Program-made: the position numbers and the translations under genes
Shown: piece by piece, positions 1 through 10,500 of the stretch
Layout of the letters: each line of letters opens with the position of its first letter
Numbering within the stretch: the stretch's first letter is position 1
The notes under the pieces: generated by a model
What the model was told of the DNA's origin: nothing
The model's database searches: none
Seen by the model: the letters and a program-made list of their open reading frames with translations, nothing else
Assembly: GCA_018241725.1 (NCBI GenBank)
Contig: JAFEDI010000129.1
Span: 29,774-93,773, forward strand
Origin: Pseudomonadota bacterium
GTDB taxonomy: Bacteria; Pseudomonadota; Gammaproteobacteria; Burkholderiales; Rhodocyclaceae
DNA length: 64,000 nucleotides
Direction: 5' to 3'

Positions 1-687
1 GACGTCCGAGTACTGCATGCGGCTCTGGATGCGTACCGCATGGGCGGCCAGACGCGGCCCGTAGGTTCTTTCGTACTTGCGCGGATTGGGCAGCATGACC
101 GCCAGGCGGGCGGCTTGGGCAGGTGCCAGCTGGGCCGCGGAGACCCGGTAGTAGCGCTGGGCGGCCGCCTCGCTGCCGAAGATCCCGTCGCCCCATTCGA
201 CGACGTTGAGATAGACCTCGAGGATCCGCCGCTTGTCCCACAGGTTCTCGATCATCACCGTGATGACGGCTTCCTCGGCCTTGCGCAGATAGCTGCGGGC
301 GGGGGACAGGAACAGGTTCTTGGCCAGTTGCTGGCTGATCGTCGAGCCTCCGGCGACGGCTTTGCCCTTCTTCTGGTTCTTCTCTATGGCCTTCTGGATG
401 CCGTCCCAGTCGAAGCCCTCGTGGTCCACGAACTTGTCGTCCTCGGCCGCTATCACCGCTCGTTTGAGGTGTACCGAGATCTTCTCGTAGGGCACCCAGC
501 GGTACTGGAGCTGGGCGCTCGGATTACGGGCCAGCAGTTCCTCGCGACGCAGGCTCATGAAGCTGGTTTCCGACGGCGGCTCCCACTTCCACCACAGCAC
601 ATGGCCGAGCAGCCACAGTTGGTAAGCGATCAGGAGCAGGACCAGCGCCAGCAGGCCGCGGCGGGCCCAGTGCCAGACCGTCTTCAC
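1..687 (-). CDS. mtgA: monofunctional biosynthetic peptidoglycan transglycosylase (C-terminus beyond window edge)
   Basis: The ORF runs off the left edge, so it is absent from the ORF track. Reverse-strand translation from GTG (685-687) reads VKTVWHWARRGLLALVLLLIAYQLW...ETSFMSLRRE...RAVIAAEDDKFVDHEGFDWDGIQKAIEKN...GGSTISQQLAKNLFLS...ILEVYLNVVEWGDGIFG. This gives a TM anchor plus GT51 transglycosylase motifs. Confidence 0.85.
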   Translation of the reverse strand, partial: MKTVWHWARRGLLALVLLLIAYQLWLLGHVLWWKWEPPSETSFMSLRREELLARNPSAQLQYRWVPYEKISVHLKRAVIAAEDDKFVDHEGFDWDGIQKAIEKNQKKGKAVAGGSTISQQLAKNLFLSPARSYLRKAEEAVITVMIENLWDKRRILEVYLNVVEWGDGIFGSEAAAQRYYRVSAAQLAPAQAARLAVMLPNPRKYERTYGPRLAAHAVRIQSRMQYSDV

Positions 688-698
688 CGCCGGGGCGC

Positions 699-1517
699 CT
701 ACAGGGCCGCGCGCAGTTCGGCGAGAACCGGAGCGGTTGTGGGGCGGACGCCGCGCCACAGCAGGAAGCTCTCTGCGGCCTGTTCGACCAGCATGCCTAG
801 GCCGTCGGCCAGGCGGGCTGCGCCTTGTTCGCGGGCTGCGCGCATGAACGGAGTGTCACCCTTGCCGTACATCATGTCGTAGGCCAGGCTGCCAGGCGCA
901 TAGAGCCAGGCGGGCAGATCGGGGGCCGCATCGGACAGACTGGCGCTGGTGGCGTTGATGACGACGTCGAAACTTTGGCCGGCCAGATCCGCAAAACCGC
1001 AGCCAAGCGGGCGCAGCGGTCCGGTGGCGAATTCGTCCGCCAGCTCGGCAGCCTTGACGGCAGTGCGGTTGGCGATGGTGAGGCTGGCCGGCTTGGCATC
1101 CAGTACGGGCAGGATGGTGCCGCGGGCGGCGCCACCGGCACCCAGCAGCAGCACGCGGCGACCCTCCACCGGGCAGCCGAGATTGACGGTGATATCACGC
1201 AGGATTCCGGCGCCATCGGTGTTGTCGCCGAGCACGCCGTCGGGGCCGAAGGCCAGCGTGTTCACCGCACCGGCGGCCAGGGCGCGAGGGGTATGGCGGT
1301 CGGCGAAGTCGAAGGCTTCGAGCTTGAAGGGCACGGTCACATTGAGGCCGCGGCCGCCGGCAGCACGGAAGGCTTCGACGGTCGCGACGAAGGCGTCGAG
1401 GGGCGCCAGCAGCGCCTCGTAGCTGAGGATCTGGCCGGTCTGTGCGGCAAACAGGGTATGGATGCGCGGCGACTTGCTGTGGGCGATCGGGTTGCCTATG
1501 ACGGCGTAGCGGTCCAT
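699..1517 (-). CDS. aroE: shikimate dehydrogenase
   Basis: 272 aa with classic AroE motifs: [45 protein letters not shown]. Confidence 0.9.
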   Translation of the reverse strand: MDRYAVIGNPIAHSKSPRIHTLFAAQTGQILSYEALLAPLDAFVATVEAFRAAGGRGLNVTVPFKLEAFDFADRHTPRALAAGAVNTLAFGPDGVLGDNTDGAGILRDITVNLGCPVEGRRVLLLGAGGAARGTILPVLDAKPASLTIANRTAVKAAELADEFATGPLRPLGCGFADLAGQSFDVVINATSASLSDAAPDLPAWLYAPGSLAYDMMYGKGDTPFMRAAREQGAARLADGLGMLVEQAAESFLLWRGVRPTTAPVLAELRAAL

Positions 1518-1524
1518 CTTGGGC

Positions 1525-2454
1525 TTACTCTTTCTTGGAGGACGTTTGCAGGATGTCCGAGTTGGTGAAGGTCCAGGTACGGGTGATCTCGATCAAGTCG
1601 GTATCACGCCGGATGTCCGGCGGGAAGGTCGCGTAAGGGGCTGCCAACTGGACGATGCGCCTGGCCGCATCGTCGAGGACCTTGTGACCGGAGGAACGGT
1701 GGATGTCGATGCTCTGCACCGTGCCGTCGGCGCGGATCGTGACCGACAGCAGCAGGCTGCCGTAGAGCTTGCCGCGGGCCGCGTCCGGGTAGTTCAGGGT
1801 GCCGACCCGCTCGATCTTCTGACGCCAGTCTTCCGCATACTGGGCGAAGCGGTATTCCTGGGCGCGGGCGCCGATGAACTTCTTGCGCGGCCGTGCGGAG
1901 TAATCCACCAGATCCTTGTCGATCTGCGCCTCGATGCGGGCAACCGCGGCAGAGCTGTCGAGGAGGTCGTAACCGGACACCTGGCGGGGGGTCTCGGTGG
2001 GCGACACCTGCTGGTTGTCCACGGGGAGTGCTGCCCGGCTGCGGCTGACGGTCAAGGCCTGGGTCTGGGGTGTTTCCGGGGCCTCGCTACGCCGCTGCGC
2101 TTCGACCAGGCTATCGCCGGAGCGGGTCTGCTCCAGCGGCGGCAGCGGCGTGCTTGGCCGGCCTTCCGGTCCATTGGTGCCACCGGCGTCGAGATTGGTC
2201 TGGGCCAGTACGTCGGCTTGCTCGGGGGACTGGGCGTGGCGCGAATTGACGAGCACCACTTCCAGCCCCTTGTCCCGGTGGTGCAGCTTGTCTGCGTCCG
2301 GCATCACGAAGTGGACGGACAGCAGGATGGCGTGCAAGGCCAGGGACAGGCCGACCCCCCATTCCAGCGCATAGCGCACTGTGCCGCCGCCGGCGGAAAG
2401 AGCGTTGGGAGGGGGACTCGGCTGCGGAGGCTGGGAGCGGCGCAGGGCTGGCAT
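1525..2454 (-). CDS. TonB-family energy transducer (TonB C-terminal domain protein)
   Basis: 309 aa. N-terminal TM ([15 protein letters not shown]), a Pro/Glu/Gln-rich spacer, and a TonB-C-like end [47 protein letters not shown]. Confidence 0.7.
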   Translation of the reverse strand: MPALRRSQPPQPSPPPNALSAGGGTVRYALEWGVGLSLALHAILLSVHFVMPDADKLHHRDKGLEVVLVNSRHAQSPEQADVLAQTNLDAGGTNGPEGRPSTPLPPLEQTRSGDSLVEAQRRSEAPETPQTQALTVSRSRAALPVDNQQVSPTETPRQVSGYDLLDSSAAVARIEAQIDKDLVDYSARPRKKFIGARAQEYRFAQYAEDWRQKIERVGTLNYPDAARGKLYGSLLLSVTIRADGTVQSIDIHRSSGHKVLDDAARRIVQLAAPYATFPPDIRRDTDLIEITRTWTFTNSDILQTSSKKE

Positions 2455-2465
2455 GGAGATCGGTG

Positions 2466-4433
2466 TCAGGCGGCGGCCGGAGGTGCTTCCGTGGTTGCCG
2501 GCGCCGGGGTGTCCACCGCCGGTGCCTCGTCGGGGACCAGGTCTTCGTCCTCGGGGAGCGGATCGCCACTCGCTTCGCCCACGGTTTCGACGTAGGTGGC
2601 GCGGACTTCCACGTCCACCAGGTCGCTACGCTCGAGGGCCAGGCGAACTCGCGTACCCGGCGGTAGCGTCGGCAGCGATGGGACCTTGAAGACGAAGGGG
2701 ATGTCGTCGAGGCGGACTAGGCTCTCGCGCAGCACGCGGGCGTTCATTTGCGGGTGGCCGGCCTGGCGCAGCCAGCGTACGCACCAGTAGCGCTCCATGC
2801 CGCGCTGGAATTCGGCGTAGGCGGCATAGGTGAGTTCGAAGTCGCGCATCGCGGCGATGAGCTCTGGCGACTTGGGCGGGAAGGCCGGGGCCGTGCCGCG
2901 CAGCCAGCTGATCAGCTGCCACTGGTTGACCAGGTCCACGTAGCGGCGCAGCGGCGAGCTGGACCACGCGTAACAGTCCACGCCGAGGCCTTCGTGGGGC
3001 GCTGCGGCGGTGGTCATACGCACCTTGCCGCCGGTCTGGGCCCGGTACAGGGCCGGAATGCCGGCGTCGGCGAGAGCCTTGCCCCAGGTGCTGTTGGCGG
3101 CGATCATCAGTTCCGCGACCAGCTTGTCCAGGGGCGAACCACGCGGGCGCCGACCAATCTCGATGCGGCCAGGACCGTCGTCGGTAACGGCATCCCAGTC
3201 GACGTTGAAGTTGTAGTCCACCAGGTTCTGGTTGGCGGCGGGCTTGCCGCGGCCGGCCTCAAGGACGGTGGCCAGTTCCCACAACAGGGTCAGTTCGGCC
3301 TTCCACGGGAAGTTGGGGCCGCCTTCGGCCAGCGTCGTTTCGTTGAAGACCGGCTCAATGTCGTGGTGGCGCAGGTTGGCGACCACTGGCACGCGCTCAA
3401 GGCGCGAGCTGTTGCCGGTAACGATCAGATCGCGGCTGACCTCCAGATACAGGGACAGGGCTGGACAGTCGCGCCCTTCGCCCAGCGTGAAGCGGGCCAC
3501 CACGTTGTCCGGCAGCATGGTGATCTTGTTGCCCGGCATGTAGACCGTGGACAGCCGCCCGCGAGCGATTCCGTCGAGGGCTGAGTCGCGGCCGAAGCCC
3601 AGGCCCGGTGCGGCGATGTGGATGCCGATGCGCCAGCCTTCGGCGGTGGGCGTGACCGAGAAGGCATCGTCGATCTCGGTGGTGGCGGCGTCGTCGATGG
3701 AGAAGGCGCGTACGTCGGCAAGCGGCAGATCGATGGGCTCAGCTGGTGCTTCGACGGTTGGGAAGGCGGTGCCGTCCGGGAAGTATTCGAACAGGAATCG
3801 GTCGAAATGCAGCTCATGGGTCGAGGCCAGCGCACCGCAGTCGAGCAGCAGGCGGGCTGCCGACTTGCCATTTTCGGCACAGGCGGCTTCCAGGGCCTTG
3901 GTTTCGAGGCGGTTGCGGTCCGGCTTGTACAGGAGCTGGCGGATCAGTGGCTTGAGCTCTTCCGGGAGCTGGCCACCGAGCAGTTCGTCGCGCATGCGCT
4001 CGACGGCGGCTGCCTGCTGGCGCTTCTTCTCGAGGCCGGCGAGGGCGGCTTGCAGGATCTCGGTCGGCGCCTTGCGGAAACGGCCCTTGCCCTTGCGGTG
4101 AAAGTAGATCGGCGCGGCGTGCAGACGCAGCAGCACTGCGACGGACTCCACCGGGCTCGGTGTATGGCCGAAGTACTCCTGTGCAAACTCGGCGAAACCG
4201 AACTCCTCGTCGCCACAGACCTCCCACAGGAATTCGGTTTCGAGGCCCTCCGCCTCGGTCTCGGCACGGTCCAGCAGTTCGCCGGCAGACGGCTGGTTGA
4301 AGCGCAGCAGCACATCCTTGCTCTTCAGCTTGAGGCGCTTGCCGTGGGGCGTTTCCACCTGCAGGGAGGCGTCGTTGTCGGTCAGGATGGTGCCGGTCTT
4401 GAAGGCACCATCCTCTTCGAAGAGCAGATTCAT
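2466..4433 (-). CDS. RNB-domain 3'-5' exoribonuclease (RNase II/R family)
   Basis: 655 aa with RNB catalytic motifs AFSIDDAATTEIDDAFSV and SSPLRRYVDLVNQWQL. Confidence 0.8.
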   Translation of the reverse strand: MNLLFEEDGAFKTGTILTDNDASLQVETPHGKRLKLKSKDVLLRFNQPSAGELLDRAETEAEGLETEFLWEVCGDEEFGFAEFAQEYFGHTPSPVESVAVLLRLHAAPIYFHRKGKGRFRKAPTEILQAALAGLEKKRQQAAAVERMRDELLGGQLPEELKPLIRQLLYKPDRNRLETKALEAACAENGKSAARLLLDCGALASTHELHFDRFLFEYFPDGTAFPTVEAPAEPIDLPLADVRAFSIDDAATTEIDDAFSVTPTAEGWRIGIHIAAPGLGFGRDSALDGIARGRLSTVYMPGNKITMLPDNVVARFTLGEGRDCPALSLYLEVSRDLIVTGNSSRLERVPVVANLRHHDIEPVFNETTLAEGGPNFPWKAELTLLWELATVLEAGRGKPAANQNLVDYNFNVDWDAVTDDGPGRIEIGRRPRGSPLDKLVAELMIAANSTWGKALADAGIPALYRAQTGGKVRMTTAAAPHEGLGVDCYAWSSSPLRRYVDLVNQWQLISWLRGTAPAFPPKSPELIAAMRDFELTYAAYAEFQRGMERYWCVRWLRQAGHPQMNARVLRESLVRLDDIPFVFKVPSLPTLPPGTRVRLALERSDLVDVEVRATYVETVGEASGDPLPEDEDLVPDEAPAVDTPAPATTEAPPAAA

Positions 4434-4510
4434 GGAATGGCCAAGCGGGAAAACAGCCGATTATAGCCAAGCCGGGGCCCGGCCCGGACGAAAGCAGTGC
4501 TCTGTCCGGG

Positions 4511-7500
4511 TCAGGCTGGCGTGGTGACGAAGTTGTGGATCAGGCTGAGCAGCACGTCTTCGTCGTAGGGCTTGCCGAGGTAGTGATTGACGCCGATTTC
4601 CTCCGCGTAACGCTTGTGCTTTTCGGCCGTGCGGGAGGTGATCATGATGATCGGCACGGCCTTCAGGCGGGCGTCGGCGCGGATGTTGCGGGTCAGGTCG
4701 AAGCCGTCCATTCGCGGCATCTCGATGTCGGCGATGACCACGTCAGGGGTGACAGTAAGCAGTTGCTCCAGTGCATCGACGCCGTCCTTGGCGGTGACGA
4801 CACGGTAGCCTTCCCGTTCGAGCAGGCGCCCGGTGATTTTGCGCACCGTCAGGGAGTCATCGACCACCATCACCGTCGGCTGGCTCGGGGTGCTGGCACC
4901 CGCCTGGATCGGCGTTTCATCGTCGCCCTTGTCCGGACTGCGGCCGGCCAGCGCGACCGGGTTGAGGATCAGCACGATCTCGCCATCACCGAGCACCGTG
5001 GCACCGGAGTAGCCAACCATCCGGGCATACTGCGGGCCAGCGTTCTTGACGACGATTTCCTGGTTGCCGCGCAGGGCGTCCACGTGCAGTGCCAGGGTTT
5101 CGCTGCCGGCGCGCAGCAGCAGCACCCAGTTGAAGCGTTCGACCTGCGGCTGGGATAGCGGGTCGCCGAGCAGGCGCGGCAGGTAGCGGTAGCCGTAGTG
5201 CTCGCCGAGCCAGTCGGTGCCGTGGTCGCCGCGGATCTTCTCGAGGGCTTCCGCCTTCAGTTCCAGCACCTGAGCGACCATCGACGAGGGGATCGCGAAG
5301 GTCCGGTTACCGGCGCGTACCAGCAAGGCCTGGGTGACCGCCAGGGTCAGCGGCAGGTGGATGCGGAAAATGGTGCCTTCGCCGGGCGTCGTGTCCACGC
5401 TGATGCGGCCGCCGACCGCGGCGGTTTCGCTCTTCACCACGTCCATGCCAACGCCGCGACCGGCCAGGCTGGACAGGCTGGCGGTGGAGAAGCCCGGCAC
5501 GAAGATCAGATTGGTGAGGCGCTTGTCGTCGGTGTCCTCGTCGGCGGAAATCAGTCCGCTGTCGATGGCGTGTCGGCGGATGCGTGTGAAATCGAGGCCC
5601 GCGCCATCGTCACGGAATTCGATCAGCACCTCGTTGCCCTCATGGGCGATCTTGAGGGTGATCTGGCCGATTTCCGGTTTGCCGGCGGCCCGTCGTGCCT
5701 CCGGCGTCTCGATGCCGTGGGCGACCGCATTGCGCACCAGGTGGGCGAGGGGGCCGCTCATCGCGTCGAGCACGCTGCGGTCGATTTCGATCTGCCCGCC
5801 GATGATGTCCAAGTTGGCGCGGCGGCCGAGCTCCTTCGCTGTCTGGCGGACCAGGCGGTAGAGTCGCTCGGCCAGACTGTCGAAGGGCACCATGCGCACG
5901 TGCATCAGCGACTGCTGCAGTTCGCGGGCCATGCGGGACTGGGCATGCAGTGCCGATTCGGCGCCGTCCAGGTTGCGCAGCAAATTCTGCTGCACGGTGG
6001 TCACGTCGCCGACGCTCTCCGCCATCATCCGCGTCAGTTCCTGCAGACGGGTGTAGCGGTCCATCTCCAGAGGATCGAACTCGGTGTGCTGGGTCTCGAC
6101 CTGGGACAGGCGCGACTGCATCTGGGTGTCAGCCTGGATTTCCACTTCCCGCAGCTGATTGCGCAGGCGGATGACGTTCTCGGTGAGGTCGAGCAGGGAG
6201 CGGCGCAGCGTGCGCAGTTCGCCTTCGATGCGGGTGCGCGCGATGCTGATTTCGCCGGCTTCGTTGACGAACTGGTCGACCCGGCTGGCATCCACGCGCA
6301 GCTGGGTGCGGGCCGCGGGGCTGGCTGCTTCGCCGGGTTGCAGCGAAGCGCTCTCTTCGGCCGGAGTCTCGCTTTCACGCGGTACCGGGCTTGTGGCTGT
6401 CTGGCCGCTCTGCAGCGTGTCGAGAGTCTGGCGGGCCTGGTCGAGGGCGGCCTCGATCTCGTCCACGATGGCCGTGCCCCCCGGATCCTGGGTGCGGGCT
6501 CGTTCGAGTCGGGTTTCCAGGTCGTGGAGGTTCTGCCCGAGGTTCATCGCGCCGACCATCCGTGCACTGCCCTTCAGGGTGTGCAGCAGGCGCGCCACGC
6601 CAGAGGGGTGGCTCGTTTCGGCAGGCGCTGTACGCCAGGTACGCAGGGCCGTGTCGAGGTGGTCGAGAAGCTCGTTGCCTTCGTCGAGGAAGATCGGCAG
6701 CAGTTCCGGGTCGAGATCGTCATGGAGCTGCGTCGCGGGCGGGCTGCTTTCGGTTGCGCGGGCCGGGGTTTCCTCGCGGGGGCGCAGGGTGGCGGTGACG
6801 AGTTCGGGTGGAGCTGTCTCCGTGGGCAGGGAAATGATGTCGGCGAGATGGGATGCCTGTATGGCGTCCAGCTGCGTGATCAGTTCCGGTTCAGGGGCGG
6901 GCAGCACGCGGGCGCCAAGCTGAACCACCATGCTTTCGAGGGCCGCAGCGCTGTCGATCAAGACTTCTGCTTGCTTGGCGGATGGAGCCTTGTCGAGGTC
7001 GGCAAGACGCTGCTGAGCGAGTTCGAGGGCCTTGGCGAGCTGTTGCGGCGCACTGAAATGGGCGGTACCGGAAATGCCGGCCAGCGTGTGGGCTGCACGG
7101 ATGGACACCGTGGCGGGTGTCTGCGCGGGATTGACCGGCAGGCGCGACAGTTCCTGGCGTAGCGTGGCCACGTGCTGCCGGGCCTCGGCGAGATAGAGGT
7201 CGAACAGCGGGCGGGACAAGGTGATTCCGCCGAAGCGGACTTCGTCCGGGCCGATGGCCGTTTCGGGTTCCCCGACGATCTCTTCTGGCAGCAGAGGCTC
7301 GGTAGAGGGCACCTCCACCTCTTCGAGCTCTTCGACGGTTTCGGTGGTGAGTTCGATGTCTTCCAGGGGAAGGGGCTCTTCGAGCACCACTTCCGCGGGA
7401 AATTCGGCCACGATCTGCTCCGCTTCCGCTTCCGCTTCCGCTTCCGCTTCCGCTTCCGCTTCCGCTTCCGCTTCCGCTTCCGCTTCCGCTTCCGCTTCCG

Positions 7501-10500
7501 CTTCCGGCATTGGAGCCTGTTCGGCAGGTGGTATCTCTCCCAGGTCGAAGATGTCGAAGGATTCGATGTCGTTGGGTGCTTCGAGGGCTTCGAGAGGCTC
7601 GGGGATTTCGAGGGTGTCTGCTCCTTCCCGCTCGCCCGCTTCGGTGGGCTCCTCGGGTGGTAGAAGCTCTTCGATTTCCAGAGCATCCGTCACGGTAGCC
7701 GGTTCTTCCTCGCTGTCGAGGATGTCCAGTTCATCGAGGGACTCCGGAACCGTTTCGTCGAGAGGCTCGATCACGTCCGCCGCAGGGCGGGCTGCTTCGT
7801 CGTCACTGGGGAGGTCGAAGCTGAGATCGAAGTCGACAGGGGTCGGAGCCGGTTCCTCGGCGAGTACCGTGGTCAGGCTGACATCGGGCTCCCGCTCCCG
7901 CTCCTGTTCCGGTGCGGAACGGGCGGTTGGCTGGTGGGTTCGGGTGCGAGCCTCCTCGAAACTGAGGTCGGGGAAGTTGAGGTCGATGGTCTCGATTGCA
8001 CTGACATGGGCTGCGGCCGCAAGCGTGAGGCTTTCGCCCAGGTCGGTGGCGGCGAAATCCAGTTCGGGCAGCGTGATCGACGCTTCCAGGTCGACTTCCT
8101 GTGGTGCGCTGTCGAGGCTGATTTCAGTCAGCCCCGGTTCCGTCGGAGCCGCCTCGGGTTGAGTCTTGGCGGGTTTCGCCGGCTCGACAGCGGACGGTGG
8201 GGCGGTCTCGTTGCGCAGGCGGGCTGCTTCGGTGAGCAGGATGCTGACATCCCGATGATGGCCGGCTCCGGCTTCGAGTTGGTCGATCCAGGCGGAGAAG
8301 GCCTCCAAGCCATTGGCAATCAACCGCAGCAGTTCGTCGTCGACCGGTAGTTCGAGACGCAGCCAGTGGTTGAGGGTCTGCTCCATGCCCCAGGCGGCTT
8401 CGCCGAAGTCCTTGAGCCCGACCATTCGGCCGCTGCCCTTGAGGGTATGGAAACTGCGCCGGATGGCCGTGAGCACTTCCAAATTGGACGGTTCCTGTGC
8501 CAGCTGGGCCAGGTTGGCGGCGATGGCGGCGCGGACGTCGATGGCCTCTTCAATGAAGATCGCCAGCAGTTCCGCGTCGATCTCCTCTTCGCTGGCATCA
8601 ATAAGCCGGCTGGCCTCGGGGGACAGAGCCGGTGCTTCGGTGGCGGCGATGGGGGTGGGGGCGTTGAACAGCGTGCCGGCGTCGAGCAGGTTGAGGGCGT
8701 CGCGGGCCTGCTTCTCGAGCTCGGGGTCGGCGGTCAGTGAGGCGTCCTGGCGCAGGCTCTCCAGGTTGATCTGGAGTTCGGTGCGCAGCCCGGAGTCGTC
8801 GGGGTTGTTCTTCAGGGCCGCAGCGAGAGCGGCAGTTTCCCTGCGCTGCTGTGCGAGCCCAGCCTCGATGCTGTCGGTAGGGGCGCGCTGAAGCTCGGCA
8901 TCCGGGTACAGAATGCGTTCAAGGTCGGCCGGGCCGTGCTGCAAGGCTTCGACATAGATGCCGAGGGCCGACAGCCTGTGGGCGATCTCTTCGAAGGCCG
9001 GCTCTTCGGGCGACACTTCCTCACTGGTTGACAGGGCCCGGATGCGGGCCGCTGCATCCTGAAGCAGGCGCACCGCAGCATCCTCGTTGAGGACCGACAA
9101 GGCCCCCTCGATCTGCTTGAGGGGCGCGCGCACGGCGGCGAGGATGTCCGTACGCGTGGGGGCGCGGAAGAAGCTATCCAGATTCTGTTCGACGTCACCC
9201 AGCGAGGTGAGGATCTCATGCGCCAACTGGCGGTTGAGGTGATGAGTCTGGACATCACTGTCGGCAATCACCAGCGGGGATACCTGCTCACCTCGCTGAT
9301 GGGCTTGCAGGCGGGCCACCACTTGGGCGAGCTGGGCATCGCTGACGTCGTCACCATGCTGGTGATTGTCGAGGCGGGCTTCCAGCAACAGCATCGTTGT
9401 CGCCATGTCCATGGACAGTGCGTCGGTGAGCTGCAGAGGGTCCTGGCGCAGCCAGCGTGCAGTGGCACCCAACTCTTCGAGCAGCTCCGAGACGTCGGGC
9501 TGGTCAATGGCTTGGGCCATTTCCGCCAGAGGGGCGATGGCGTCCTGGAAACGGGGCAGGCCGATGGCATTGCCCTTGGCGAACTGGTTCCAGGCCTCCT
9601 TCGCGTCAGTCAGTCCGCTACGCAGTCCAGCGAGTAGGGGCGCCTGTGGTGTGTCGCTGATGGGGTGCTTTCCTGCCGGGATCAGGTATTCGAGCTGGTA
9701 CGCGGCACGAATCGAGTCGATGGCCGGCGAGTGAGCCGAGGACATGGCGACCTGGTACAGCACGTCGCGCATCAGGCGCTCGGCGACGACTCCGGAACCT
9801 TCGAGGACGCGCCGCATCTGGGCGTCGATACGGCCGCAGAGTCGTTTGCTGGCCGCGTCCGCCGGGATGCCCTGCAGGCCGAGGGCGTCGAAGAAAGCCG
9901 AGCAAGCGAGCCAGAAGGCGCGCGCGGCCGGAACGGTCTGCAGATCTTCGATGCCGCTGGTGGCTTCGCGCATCTCCTGCGGGCCAGACGGGTCCTGGGG
10001 GGCGCGGAACCACTTGAGCAGCCCGCGCTCGAAGCGGCTGCGCAGGGCACGCAAGTGCTTCGGGTCGTTACTGTCGATGGCTGGTGTCGCAAAATCCGGA
10101 CGCAGGTTCAGATCGGGGAAGAACAGTTCGCTGGGCGTCGGCGCTTCCTGGCCACGAGCCGCTGCCAGTTCGGCGTATAGCTCGAAGAGCCGTAGGGCCT
10201 GATCGGGTTGCCCACGGGTCAGCTCGTCGAGGTAGTTGCCGATGGCTGCGATGCAGCGGGCGGCCAACTGGGCGATCTCGGGCGTGCAGGCGATCTGTTG
10301 CGAAGCCAGTTCTCCGAGCAGGCGGTCAAGCTGGTCGGAGAACTGGGTCAGTCCGTCCAGTCCGACGATGGACAATGCGCCGTGGGCCTGGTGCAGGTGG
10401 GTCTGGGCAAATTTGATCCGGCCGAGGCGGTCGGGGCTCGAGCTGGCTTCAGCCAGCGCGTCCGCCGCCCGTCCGAGGGCCAGGTCGATCTCGCCTTTGA

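Noticed and set aside
40-882. 280-aa plus-strand ORF at the left edge
   Set aside because: It is antisense to clearly recognisable mtgA and aroE coding sequence. It is Arg/Gly/Ala-rich and typical of shadow ORFs in high-GC DNA.
5198-7162. 654-aa plus-strand ORF, with many others between 4.5 and 10.7 kb
   Set aside because: It is antisense or out of frame to the 2011-aa chpA, whose domains are unambiguous. No motifs, and a composition-driven open frame.
7421-7504. Microsatellite as an on/off phase-variation switch
   Set aside because: The unit length is 6 nt, so slippage keeps chpA in frame. Only linker-length variation is expected.
6958-7686. ORFs with long RKRKRK (minus strand) and RFRFRF (plus strand, 7172-7663) repeats
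   Set aside because: These are alternative-frame readings of the (CGCTTC)14 microsatellite inside chpA, not separate genes.
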